64,000 bases of DNA from Cenococcum geophilum (taxonomy: Eukaryota). The notes beneath the pieces are model-generated. The model had not been told where the DNA came from and searched no databases. It was given only the letters and a program-made list of their open reading frames with translations. Position 1 is the first letter of the stretch. Each line of letters starts with the position of its first letter. The stretch covers positions 29,636,001-29,700,000 of the forward strand of contig CP158635.1 of NCBI GenBank assembly GCA_050273025.1. The letters are read 5' to 3'. The translations under genes and the position numbers were made by a program. Below, piece by piece: positions 1 to 11,600 of this stretch.

Positions 1-5
1 TAAAT

Positions 6-851
6 GTGTCATTCGCTCTAAGTACCGTTGAGAAGAGGACTGCGTACAATGACAACGTCGGCGATGTCGATGATGTTGCTGCAGATGGAGATCTTGACAC
101 ACCGATAGCGTCTACGAAGTCGAACACCAAAAGGACTACCTCAGCTGCCGCAAACCCTATAAAGTCCGTACTCTGTCGTCCCACTGTTGAAGTCATGGCT
201 CCCCCAGCAATGAAAGCCAAAAAAACATCATCTTCGAAAGTCCACAGACTTAGTCCTACCACCACTACAGTCCGCTCAACCACAACTAGGACTGGTCACA
301 GGAAGACTCAGCATATCGATCCAACCCACGAAGACTCACCTTCCCCTTCGCCAACCACGCCCTCACCAGTCCTACGTATTCCAAAACGTAAACCACATGA
401 TCATCCCTTCAGAATCCGCAAGGTTAGTCTTGCAGAGACTAGCGATGGAGTTTCTCCATTGCATAAGCCAAAGAAGAAGATTGCCAAGACCAACGCCTCG
501 AGTACAAAAGCGAAGCCAGTCCCAGTCTTCATATTGCCTAAGAAGAAGAAGCCGGATAATAAAGCTTTCGAGGCGGATATAATTAAACTTGATGCGTCTA
601 ATATCGAGCTTATGCCACCCGTTAAGAAGACGCGCAAGATAGCCAAAACATCTACAAAGGTGAAGGGTAAATCATCGGAGAACGATACAATAACAGCGAT
701 TTCTCGATCAACTGTCAAAGTGCCAGTCAAACCGAAAATAGTTGCGGCGGCAAAGAAGTTAGAGAAACCGACACTGCCTACATTGAAAGGAAAAATCCTT
801 ACAAAAATCTGTAAGCCCAGATCTCAATCCTTTTCATCGAAACGAAGTTGA
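6..851 (+). CDS. Part of a Lys/Thr/Ser/Pro-rich low-complexity protein, probably begins upstream of the window; 3' end uncertain (possible GTAAGC donor at 811)
   Basis: 281-codon open frame in non-RIP, GC-balanced DNA; no recognisable domain. Confidence 0.55.
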   Translation: MSFALSTVEKRTAYNDNVGDVDDVAADGDLDTPIASTKSNTKRTTSAAANPIKSVLCRPTVEVMAPPAMKAKKTSSSKVHRLSPTTTTVRSTTTRTGHRKTQHIDPTHEDSPSPSPTTPSPVLRIPKRKPHDHPFRIRKVSLAETSDGVSPLHKPKKKIAKTNASSTKAKPVPVFILPKKKKPDNKAFEADIIKLDASNIELMPPVKKTRKIAKTSTKVKGKSSENDTITAISRSTVKVPVKPKIVAAAKKLEKPTLPTLKGKILTKICKPRSQSFSSKRS

Positions 852-1299
852 CTAGGACTAAGGAAAGTAAAGCCACATCCTCTACCACCGAATACACCAG
901 CCATTTTGGGCTCAAAGCGTGCGTAACAAGCGGAATTGCAGAGAGGTTTAAATGCTGAGTTTTTGAAAGAGCGGATTGGAACCGCCAAGAGGGGCAGACG
1001 AAAAGAGCCAAGGAATAATTTCAGTAATTTTATAAAGAAGTTCGTAGATATAAAGTCTACTCAATTTTCTGTGTCTTAGCTCTTCAGATCTGAAATGTGA
1101 ATGGTAATGTCACAAGAGTGCTGACCTTCGGTAGGCGGAGATCAAGCTAGTGATTATGGTGGTTCTGGGAACTCTGACTCCTTCCATGTTTTTCAAGGCT
1201 GCAATATAAAATGGGGATTCAAGATCTTCAAAGGAATCTGTGTTCCTCGATTAATGTTTTCATAAGCATCTGAAATCTAGTTTACAAGTGCTCTGCCCC

Positions 1300-1875
1300 T
1301 TTCTAGGTAGTAGATGTATAAAAGGCACCCTCTATACCTAATAGCACCCCTCCCCTAGCTATATAGGTGCGCTTTTATACCCTCTTCTTTTTTTTAGCGC
1401 TAGTTTTCCATCTATAGCTTCTTGTTTTTGCTTGCAAGTAGTATAGCGCTTAATATTGCTATTTTATACCCCTTTATAAGCTAGCTAAGGGCTTATTCTA
1501 TTGGACTTAGTAGGCTATACGTATAGCGCTTAAAATAGCGCTTTAGTGAGGCTATTTACTGCTGCAATTTAGTAATATTATATGGTGTTTCGGCTATCTA
1601 AGATGCATTTAATAGTAGGTAGGGCGGTAGTATCTAATATTTAGTATATAGCTATACTAGCACGCGATTAGGGTTATATAGAATAAGGCTAGTGGCTGTA
1701 AATCCTGCCTATATATTATTTTAATATAGTACTATTTGCCTAGCCTACCTATATAGCGGCAGAAATTTGTATTTATTAATATAATTAACGCCGCCGGCTA
1801 TTATCTATTTAACGCCGCGTCTATAGGCCTACTTTAGCGCCAAGAAACAGCCTATATCTAGCGGCTATAGTAGAT
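1300..1875 (-). pseudogene. Fot1/pogo (DDE_1) transposase, C-terminal part, RIP-inactivated
   Basis: RIP-reverted minus-strand reading SSHLLQPLDVGCF..LKQAY...GF.ATGLIPYNPDRVL...LLASENKKL..ENQRQKKKR..KRTYIARGG. Confidence 0.85.
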
Positions 1876-1920
1876 ATAATAATAATATTTATTTATTGCT
1901 TAACATCCGATTTAAATCCC

Positions 1921-3339
1921 TTTTTTTTTTATCTATTGTATTATATTACGTACAATATTGCGCATGCAGCCTTAGGCTATGGCGCTATAGTTCTATATAC
2001 ATAAATCCTTTCTAGGCAGCTTAATATATACTAGTAGCTATATCCTAGTAGTTTATAAACCCCTAAACTAGGAGTTTATAGTTCCTTAGTAAAATACCAA
2101 GTTACTATAACTACTAGAGAATAAGAAAACAGTAGGAAAAATTCTAAGAAATTCTAGCCCTTGTCTCTGTCCTTTTGCAATTAATTTTTATCTTTTTTAC
2201 TCTCTACTATCTTTTACCTAGAAGCCTAGTAGGAGTTACCTCCTTCTAAAATCTATTAATTTTATTCTTCTATAGAATCCTCTAAGCTAGTATCCACTAG
2301 TTTAGCTGCTTTAAGAGTCTCGCAGTCTTTACTATTAGTAAAGTGTTTTTCTTTATAATTAATGCAAAGGGGGGTAGTATGTTTGCAAGGCTTGCCCATT
2401 ATTAAGCAAGTAGGACAGCAATGGTCTTTAGATAAATGTACAGCCGCATAAAATCTATAGGCCCTAGTAGAGTATCTGTCTCCTATATGGCCAAATTTTT
2501 AGCAGCTAGTACACTGCGTAGTAAAAGAGACTTCTAGGTATTTTACTACCTTATGTAACGTGTCCCGCCTCACGTCGCCATATGGCTAAAAAGATTAAGA
2601 GTGCTTGCGAACTTGTTATAAGCGCGGCGGGATCTAATACATATACTCTTACACCTTAGTAGCTGTACCCGCAATTAGAATATCTTTTTACTTAAGAATT
2701 TCTTATCTTTTCTCCTTATTCTCTATAGTAAAAACTATAAAGCCAAATCTGGTTTATAGATTATGTCTTTTTTTACTAGATAAGATCCACCTAGGTAGTC
2801 CTTATATCCCTATAGGATTAAAGGTCTTAATTTCTTCTTTTAGAAGCTTAGAGCCCCCCTTTCCTAGAAAGGGTAGAGTAGGAACCCTATAGGCTATAAT
2901 TTAAACCTAAGGTTCTAGTTTTTATTTTCTTTAAAAGGTAAAGCAGTTATACTAGATTTCCTTATATTTAACTAGGAAATCTATATTATACTCTTCTGTA
3001 GTTATAAGAAGAATATTTTATTTTCCTCTAGTTCTAGCTATAGACCCTAGAACTGGCTTTTCTACTTACAGTTTTAATATAAATAGTTAATTAACTTTGT
3101 TTTGTATAGAGAAGGTATTTAAAGGTTAGTCCTTTTCGTCTATAATTAAAACTAGCTTTCTTTTATATAGTTGCTTTTTCTTACTTCTAGTAGAAGTAGA
3201 AGGGGTAGGGGATAGTAGTAGTAATAAGGAGGGTAGGGAGGACGAAGAAGGGAGGTCCTTCTTTAATCTCCCTATATAGGTTTTTTTAGTAGGGGCTACC
3301 TCCTTACGGAGAGCTCTTACTTCTTTAACTAGTCCTTTA
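1921..3339 (-). mobile_element. 5'-truncated LINE ORF1 (gag-like, zinc knuckles) retrocopy with poly(A) tail and no ORF2
   Basis: Poly-T at 1921-1930; TSD ATTTAAATCCC (1910-1920) / ATTTGGATCCC (3340-3350); reads QCTSC.KFGH...C..C...H...C at ~2320-2530. Confidence 0.8.
2554..2653. mobile_element. 100-bp solo LTR
   Basis: TGTAA...TTACA termini, 5-bp TSD CCTTA (2549-2553 / 2654-2658). Confidence 0.85.
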
Positions 3340-4540
3340 ATTTGGATCCCTATTAGGCCCACATAGACAACTCCTTATTTATATATAGGGAGAAAACTCT
3401 ATTTAAGAAAACCCCGTAATACATCTCCCTGCCTTTTAGGACTTACCAGCTTAGCGCCTATAAGTTACCTATAGTGCTCTTCTACCTTACTTTTTAACCT
3501 CTTTAGGAACTACTGCTGCCGTAATAAGCTTATAGACGCGCTAGTATTGTAAACTTACTCTACTACTATAGAGCTATTAGGGGGTGCCTATTACTTACCC
3601 CTTTACCTTTTATTACTATTTCCTTTGCTACCTAGAACTGGTCTAGTATATTTTAGCTAATAAGCTACTAGGTAACCGCCTTAAGACCTTTTTATATTAA
3701 GAGTAGTGTATTATAGTTCTCTATACTAGCTACTAAGAATATTACTTCTTAGTTAATGCGTAAGGGGGATAATAGTATTATATATTTTAGTATCTATCTT
3801 AGCTAGCTATATTTGCATCTTAGGCTATTTACTATAACACTTACCTAGTAGAGCTAATCTTTTAGTTCTATTATCCCTGTTCTTAAAAGTGTTGCTATTA
3901 TATTTTCTGCCTTTATTAGGCCTTCTTAGAGCCTTTAGATATTTACCCCCTATAGTATTAACTATACTACGGCTTAGGTTTCTTTTGCCTAAGTTAGTCT
4001 TTATATTTTTAACTTCTATATACCTCTTCAGTATTAGTCTAACTAGTATTATATTACGGTAGCTAGTTTCCTAGCGCTCTTTTATACTCTACTTTAGCTC
4101 CTTTTTCTCTTTTACTATTATCTTTACTAGTCTCTTATGCGTTTCCCTTCCTCCTTTATATAGGCCTAGGCCCTAACGCGGCACTATTCTTTTTCTACTT
4201 TCTCTACCTGTTTCTTTAATATATTTTCCCTACTTTGGGGTTATTAGTTCGTTCTCCTATAGGGTACCCTAAGATCCCTTTATAGTTTATTTAGGCGTGT
4301 CTTAATATACTTTATAATATTAGAGTTGCGTTCCTTTTACGCCTTTTATATTATAGCGGCTTTAATATATAGTTATACGGGGGGGGATATTAGCTTCCTT
4401 CTTAAGCAGTGCTGTGGCCGTTCGCTTATACCCGCCTATAATACTCTAAAGGTAAGCTATTTAGACCTTTTAGAGCGGTTTAAGGAGTAATTTAGGGGGG
4501 CCTTTTTTGGTTTCTCTAATGGCCCAAATATTAGATCTAT

Positions 4541-4663
4541 TGTTAGGTAACGATAAAGGCACGAATATATATATATTGGTTACCGAGCCCGTCAAACCAT
4601 TTAGTTTAACATTGTACCTTTTTAGCCAGTTGCGTTTGTTTAGCTCGGTGGGCGATCGTTACA
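4541..4663. mobile_element. 123-bp solo LTR
   Basis: TGTTA...TTACA termini, TSD TCTAT (4536-4540 / 4664-4668). Confidence 0.85.
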
Positions 4664-5679
4664 TCTATACGTTATAGTTAGCCGGATAACTACTATATAT
4701 AGTAGGCGTAACCTCTAAAAGTATAGACCCTATATAGAATTAGCAATCCTAGATATTATAATATACTATACTTAGCCCTTATAGGCCGCTTATAATATAT
4801 ATGCGCTCTACTAAAGCTTACTATTTACCTATACTCCTAATACCCTTAGGCCTTAAACTAGTTAACCCCTAAAGCCTTAGATATAAATTATATACTAAAG
4901 ATCTACAAATTGGTTACGTTTTCTTATAAAATAGATTAGCTAGTATTTCTCTAGTAAGAATTAGACTCTATATTATCTTACCTATTCTATATAGGTGTTG
5001 TAGGCTTTCTCTAGTGTTTTGCCATTCTCTATAGCTATTAGACCGTATATAATTGGGTTTATATAATTAATAAAGCCTATTCCCTAGGTCGCCCCTTCTT
5101 TAAATATTACGGCGCTGGTGGAAACTAATAGATATTAGTGGGAACTGGTAGATTATAGCTAATAGATATTAGTGGATATTGGTAAATTATGGCGGACAGT
5201 TGTAGATAGCCGTAGATAGTTTTATATAGTTTTAGATAATTGCTGTTATGTGACTAGAAGATTATATATAACGTTAAGCGGCGCCACCCTCTATCTCCTT
5301 TTTTTTCTTTAGCTTTTATAGACTACTAATTATATAGGCTTACGCGTCCCTCTTGCTGTGCTTATGCCTTAATTAACTAAGTCGCTAATATTATTTAAAG
5401 CTTAATTACCCTTTTTTCCTAAGAAGGAACTTAAATATATTTACGGACTATAAACTAGAATAGAGTATAGAATTAGACCTAAAGAATATTACTAGAACTT
5501 AAAAAATAGAAGAAAAAAAATAAGACTTATAGAATCCTACTAGAAGTTACTCTAATAACTATACTACTATGCTAAAAAATACAGCGGCCGGTAAAGCAGC
5601 CGTAGGTCCCTTAAATACCTTTAACGGCGAAATAGTAACTAACTTAAACTTTTAGGTAGAGCTTATAGCAGCTAATACC

Positions 5680-8600
5680 TGTTACGGCTTATATAAATGC
5701 CTCTAAACCAAAGCTTATAGAATGCTGTATTACAAAGATACTAAGCTAAGAAGAAGGAAAAGGGGTCGCTAGGACCAATATAAACAAATATATAGGGCAA
5801 GCCGCCAAGGCGCTAGCTTTAGGCGAGCCAATTATAGGTTGGCAGAATATGGCAGAATTTAGTAGGTAATGTTAGCGACTTAGTCAATCGAGGCACGAGC
5901 ACGGCAAGAGGGACGCGCAAGCCTGTACGATTGGTAGTCTATAAACGAGGATCTAAAGCTAGAGAAAGGAAAGGAGAAGAAGAGCAGCGCCGGTTGAAGT
6001 AGGGTTCTTTTATACGGTCCTCTAGTCACGTGACCGCGAAGTTCTACCAAGTTCTGCCAGTGCCGTAATATTACCCCCCCCTCCGTAAAAGCCTGCCCTT
6101 AGGCTTTATAGTCCATATTATGCTTATAGGGCGTTTTTATCTTTATATTCTTCCGGTAGCTTATCGTCTTTACTATACTAGCATTCCATCTACTTATCTA
6201 GGTACTTTAGGGGTCCTAGTTTATTAGGGTAGTAGTTATAGAATTCTTAAAGCTTATAGGGACTGCTAATAAAGTTCTATATAGGGTACTAGGTAGGATC
6301 TAGGTTATAGCCTTTCCAACTAACGCGGTACTTTAGCGTTTTCCTTACTAGTTTACAGGCCAGTACTTCTTCAATTTCCCGTTCGTTGTCGCTATTAACT
6401 TAAATCAGTAGGGGAGGTTCGTTCTTTTGTCTAGGCAATAGGTTATTTATAGCTTTCTATAGCTTATCTGGTAAGAAAACGGGGTAAACCTTAATCAAAT
6501 CCGGGAGCTTTACTTTATATAAGTTACCTATCTTCTTAAGGACCTTATACGGTCCCGCCATCTAATAGTCTAGCTTACGGCTAGGCCGTTCCGTCTTCTA
6601 GTTCTTTATTATAACCCAGACCATATCGCCTACGGTAAAGTCGGGTTCGCGCCTATACTTATTTGCCTACTATTCCATTAATTTCTAGGCCTTTTCTAGA
6701 TTTATATAGGCTACCGTCTAGGCTTCCTCTAAGCGCTTGGCGTACTGCTAGGCTTCCTTATAAGACAGTTTCTCGCGTACGGTCCGTGGTCCTTCTAGTC
6801 TATCCTAGTCAAAGCTTATTTGGGGTAAATACCCTATTTCTAGTTAGATAGGTGCAAATCCCATAGAGTTATAGGGTAGGGTCACCTGGGCGTAGTCTAT
6901 TAGGGGTAGCAGTTTGCCTTAGTTATTCTAAAAGTAGTTAATAAAAAGCCGGAGTCTCTAATCTAAATATTAATTTATAATCTCCGTCTAGCCGTTTATC
7001 TGGGGGTAGTATACTATAGAGAGCTTTAGCCTAATATCTAAAATCCGGGTAAACTTATTCTAGAAGGCCGATATAAATTATAGGCCGCGATCGGATATAA
7101 TAGTATCTAGTAGTCCGTAAATACGGTAGATATAGTAGATATACAGTTAGGCCGCCTCCTTAGCATCAAATATTTTTATAATAGGGAATTAAAAACGGGC
7201 GCTTACTAAAGCGGTTAACTAAAATTATAACTATATTATATCCGTTGCGGTCTATTAGTAGCTTATAGAAGTCTATAGAGATATGCTACTAGGGGCAGTC
7301 GGGTATTAGAAGAGGTTTTAATAGTCCTAGGGTCTTATCTCGTAGAATTATAGATCTACAGCAGCTGTCGCAGTTCCGTATATAACGGTTAATATCTATA
7401 ACTATTCCGGGCCAGTAGTAGCGGTCACCAATAATCTTACAGGTCTTATTTTTTCCAGGGTAGGCCGTAGAGACCTAGGTATAAGCTTCGGCAATAAGCC
7501 GGGTCCGTAAGTTCTATTCCTTAGCTACTACTAGCCGTTCCTAGTGCTTAAGTAGTCCGTTTTTAAGGGACCATAGGCTAATAACATTCTTTGCCTTTTC
7601 ACAGTATTCCTATAGAGAAGGGGTTGATCGGTTAGCCTATAGTAGTTTATTAATAAGGTTAAGTTTAGAGGAGTTAATAGAACATATCTCGGCGCCTAAG
7701 GAGTCTGTGCTTAGTTCTGCCTATATCTAGGGGTTAAGGTATTCTAGTTATAGTAGCGTCTAGGTTTATAGTAAGATCTTCACAACCGTCTGGTTATCTA
7801 GGTCTTGCTCGCGCCTTATAAGAGCGTCCGCACGGTTTATAGCGCCTAGTCTATATATAATTAAGAAGTTAAACTAAGATAGGGTATCTGCCTAGCATAC
7901 CTACCGGGCCGTAAGGGCCTTAGTTATTATAAAGTATTCTAGGGCCTTATAATCTAAAACTACCTTAATTGGCTTAGGGGTCCCCTCTAGCTATACACAC
8001 CAGTACTAAAAGCTAGAGATAATAGCCAGCATTTCTTTATTATAGATGTGGTAATTTAGCTTAGTATCTATTATAGTCTTTAAATAGTATGCAATAGGGT
8101 GCTACTCTCCGTCCGGTTACTTCTAGGAAAAAACACTAGCTATTACGCTGTCTAAGGCATTAGTTTCTAGTATTAAGGGCCGTTTTAGATTAAAATAGGC
8201 AAATAGGGGAGCTGATACTAGCTATTTCTTAAGCTTATTAAAGGCCTGCCTATATATGGCGTTAAAGTAGAAGGGCTGGTCTTTTTTAGTAAGACGGTTA
8301 AGAGGCCGGGCAATCCTACTATAGTTCTTAATAAAGCGTCAGTAGAAGTTATAAAACCCTAAAAAAATTATACCCCCTTTACGGTCCGTAGGGGTGCCCA
8401 CTAGTTAATTACGGCCGTTTTCTCTAGGTTGGTTTTAATTCCGTCTATACTAATAATAAAACCTAAGTACTTTATACGCTTAACACTAAACTCCAACTTC
8501 TTAATATTAACCTAAAGGCTAGCCTCGCGGAGCCGTTATAGGACTTTATAGATATACTCCTCGTATTCTAGCTCGTTCTTAAAGTAGATTATAATATTAT

Positions 8601-11600
8601 CTAAATAGGCCGTATAGAAATCGTTAAGGTAGTTAAAGAGTACATTATTTATATACCGCTAGTACGTAGCTAGTCCGTTAGTCAGTCTAAAAGGGAGCAC
8701 TTTATATTTATACGTTCCGTAACGGGTTTAAAATATAGTAAAATCTTTAGACCCGGGGTCTATCCTAATTTAGTAGAAGGCCTAGCGGATATTAAGCTTT
8801 ATAAAAACCTTAGCTCTACTTATTTGGGCTAAAGTCTCATTAAGTAGGGGCAGCGGATAGCAATCCTTATGGGTTATATTATTTAGCTTATAATAGTCAA
8901 TACAGAAGCAGAGTCCTCTATTTAGCTTTTTAATAAAGAGAATAGGCAAGGTAAAAGGGGCTTAGCTAGGCTTAATAAAGCCCTTATTTAGGTTATTAAT
9001 AAAATACTACTTTATAGCCTATAATTCGGTAATAGACTGCTTATAAAGGGGGCTAAAGCTAAGGGTATTTTCTTTGCCCTGCTTAATTTTAATCTTATAG
9101 TTATATAGTCGGTAAGGTAGAAGTATATTAGACGCTACTTTAAAGAATATATCCTTAAATTTCTGGTGTTAATAGGGCAGCTTTTATTCTACTAGTTTCT
9201 TATCTATAAGCTCGCTTTCTTATCCGCTAAGCTTATTTTCCTTTTCCTTAATTATTTAATTAATTTTGTATAAGCTTATTATAAAGGCGATAGTATTAGG
9301 CTAAACTAAGTTCTGGTAGAATCCTACGGCACCAATATAGTAAATATTAACTGGTGGGAGGTCCGCTGGTTTCCTTATAGCTATTTTCCAGACCATATTT
9401 TGCGGTTTAGGGTTTATAATCTTTCTTAGCTCCTATTCCATCTTCCGTAGGTTATCCCTCTAATCTATTAGTTTAGTATAACGTCTAATATCCCTTACTA
9501 TTCTTTATAGCTGTATAGGGTCTAAGCTCTCTATAGGGGGCTTTTTTAGGTCACTACTAACTTCCTAGGTCTTTAATGCGGGTGGCGTAATATAGGTAGT
9601 TTGGGGGCGACATAGTATACAGATCTATTACGAATTAAGCTATATATCTTTCTTAAAGGCCTAGTCCCTACGCATAGTATCAGCCTAGTAAATAGTATTA
9701 ATCTAGGGCCATATGAGGTTTTCTATTATAATGCTGATTTCTTTTATAAAGGAAGGGGTTGGGGGTAGGGTTTCGGGCTAGGTAAGCCGTTTACTCTATA
9801 TATCGAGCTATAAGCCTAAATAGGCTAGCTATTTTCGCCCTAAGATTATATTATAGCTACCTAGGTTTATAATAAGGAAGGGGGCGTTATACTGCCTTTG
9901 TTTGTTAATACAGAGGTAAATCCACAAAATAGTTATAATAGGTGGTTCTATCCGCCTATTATACCCACGGATAGGAATTAGTTTAGGCAGTTCTTTAATA
10001 AGTACATTTAAAAAGTTAGCTAGCTTTACGGTATACTAGGTATCTATTAAGGCAAAGGTATTTACTCTAGAGTTAGCTAAAGTAGAGGTTAAAACTTAGT
10101 ATCTATTACGGAATAAAGTATAAGGGATAGTATAGCTTCTTCTATTAACTAGCCAACCTAGATTAACATCTAATATATTAATTCCTTTTAACCCTAAAAA
10201 GAAGTCTTCCTCTAGGGTTCCTCTTTTTCTGACTCCGCGCTGTCCTCCTAGATTAATAAAACCTTGTCCGCTTTCGCGTTTATTAAGCAATCCTTTATAT
10301 AATAACCTTTCTATCCGTAAGAGAAATAAGCTCCTTAATTACTAAGGGCCTATATACAGGGGTTACTATATATAGGCCGAGCATTCGCTGGACCCATAGT
10401 AGGGCTAGCCGCACGGCTAGCTGCTAAATTGGCGGTAGGCTATATGGGTGGTGCTGCGGGGGTTGCTGATTGTGCTGGGGCATTACGGGCCGTTCTTATA
10501 TTACTTATAGTCTAATTTAAAGGGTTTCTAGCTTTATACCGTTCGGCGCGTGCCTTAATTTAGTAGAGGCCTTAGTTAATAGCCAAGCACTAGTCTGTAA
10601 GTTCCTTTAGCGTCTATATAGTAGTAAAAACTAGCAGTACGGCTCGCTACAGGTTTAGGGTAAGCTTATTAAATAGGTCTAGCATTAGATCTTCCTAGGG
10701 AATTTAGGCCTAGCTGGCTAGGTGTAGAAAGCGGGTCTAAAAGGCCAAGAAGGTCTCTATTATTTTTATATTTAGGCTTTTATAATTAAGTCGGGCGTTC
10801 TATACTTTAAAGGGGTCCTTATAAATAGAAGACAGGTAGACAATTATCTCTTCTTTAGAGAGGAAGGGCTTTGCCAAGTCCTATACGTACCGCAGATATA
10901 GGTGCGTCTGTATATCCCTACCGGTACAGCTAAAGACGTAAGCCATTTTAGCCTAAGTAGTAGGGAAGTGGTCCGCATTAACTTTAAGCTTATCCTATAA
11001 TTAAAGCTTCCAATTATTAAATATAGGGTTGGTTCCGTCTGTAAGCAATAGGGGGTCCGCGACCTTTACGGACCGCGACGATGCTAATGCTATACATTAG
11101 GCTAGAGCCTTAAGGACTATAGCAAGTCTCTAGGTGTCTAATAATTCCTTACTAAGCGTAGGGGGTTCTCTAGCTTTAAGCAGCTCTCGAAGTCGTTTAA
11201 TTTTAGCATTAGCTGCTGTAAGCTCTACTTAGGAGTTCGAGTTAGTTGCTGTTTTACTATTAGAGGTATTTAAGGGTCCTACAGCTGCTTTACCGGCTAC
11301 TATATTTCTTAGCATCGTGGTACGGTTATTAGGGTAACCTTTAGTAGGATTCTATAGGGGTTCTGGTCTGTGCGTATTCTATAGGTCTTATTATTCTTTT
11401 CTATTCTTCTAGTTCTAGTAATATTCTTTAGGTCTAATTCTATATTCTATTCTAGTTCGTAATCTATAAATATATTTAAGTTCCTTCTTAGGAAGAAAGG
11501 GTAGTTAAGCTTTAGATAATGTTAGCGACTTGTTAATCAAGGCACGAGCACGGTAAGAGGGACGCGTAAGCCTATATAATTGGTAGTCTATAAACGAGGA

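Larger units (their letters stand above)
1876..5104 (-). mobile_element. Tad1-like LINE, 3' part (ORF2 C-terminus with CCHC finger, (TTA)n-type tail), interrupted by the 1921-3339 and 4541-4663 insertions
   Basis: 1876-1920 + 3351-~4130 is colinear with the less-RIPed copy at 21661-22490, which reads LTKAENTIATLLRTGIIGL...RCECGWPKQTPKHVILLCP after reversion. Confidence 0.8.

Noticed and set aside
811..970. Spliced 3' extension of the first ORF
   Set aside because: The GTAAGC donor is plausible, but the nearest acceptors create an immediate stop, so no model can be supported without RNA data
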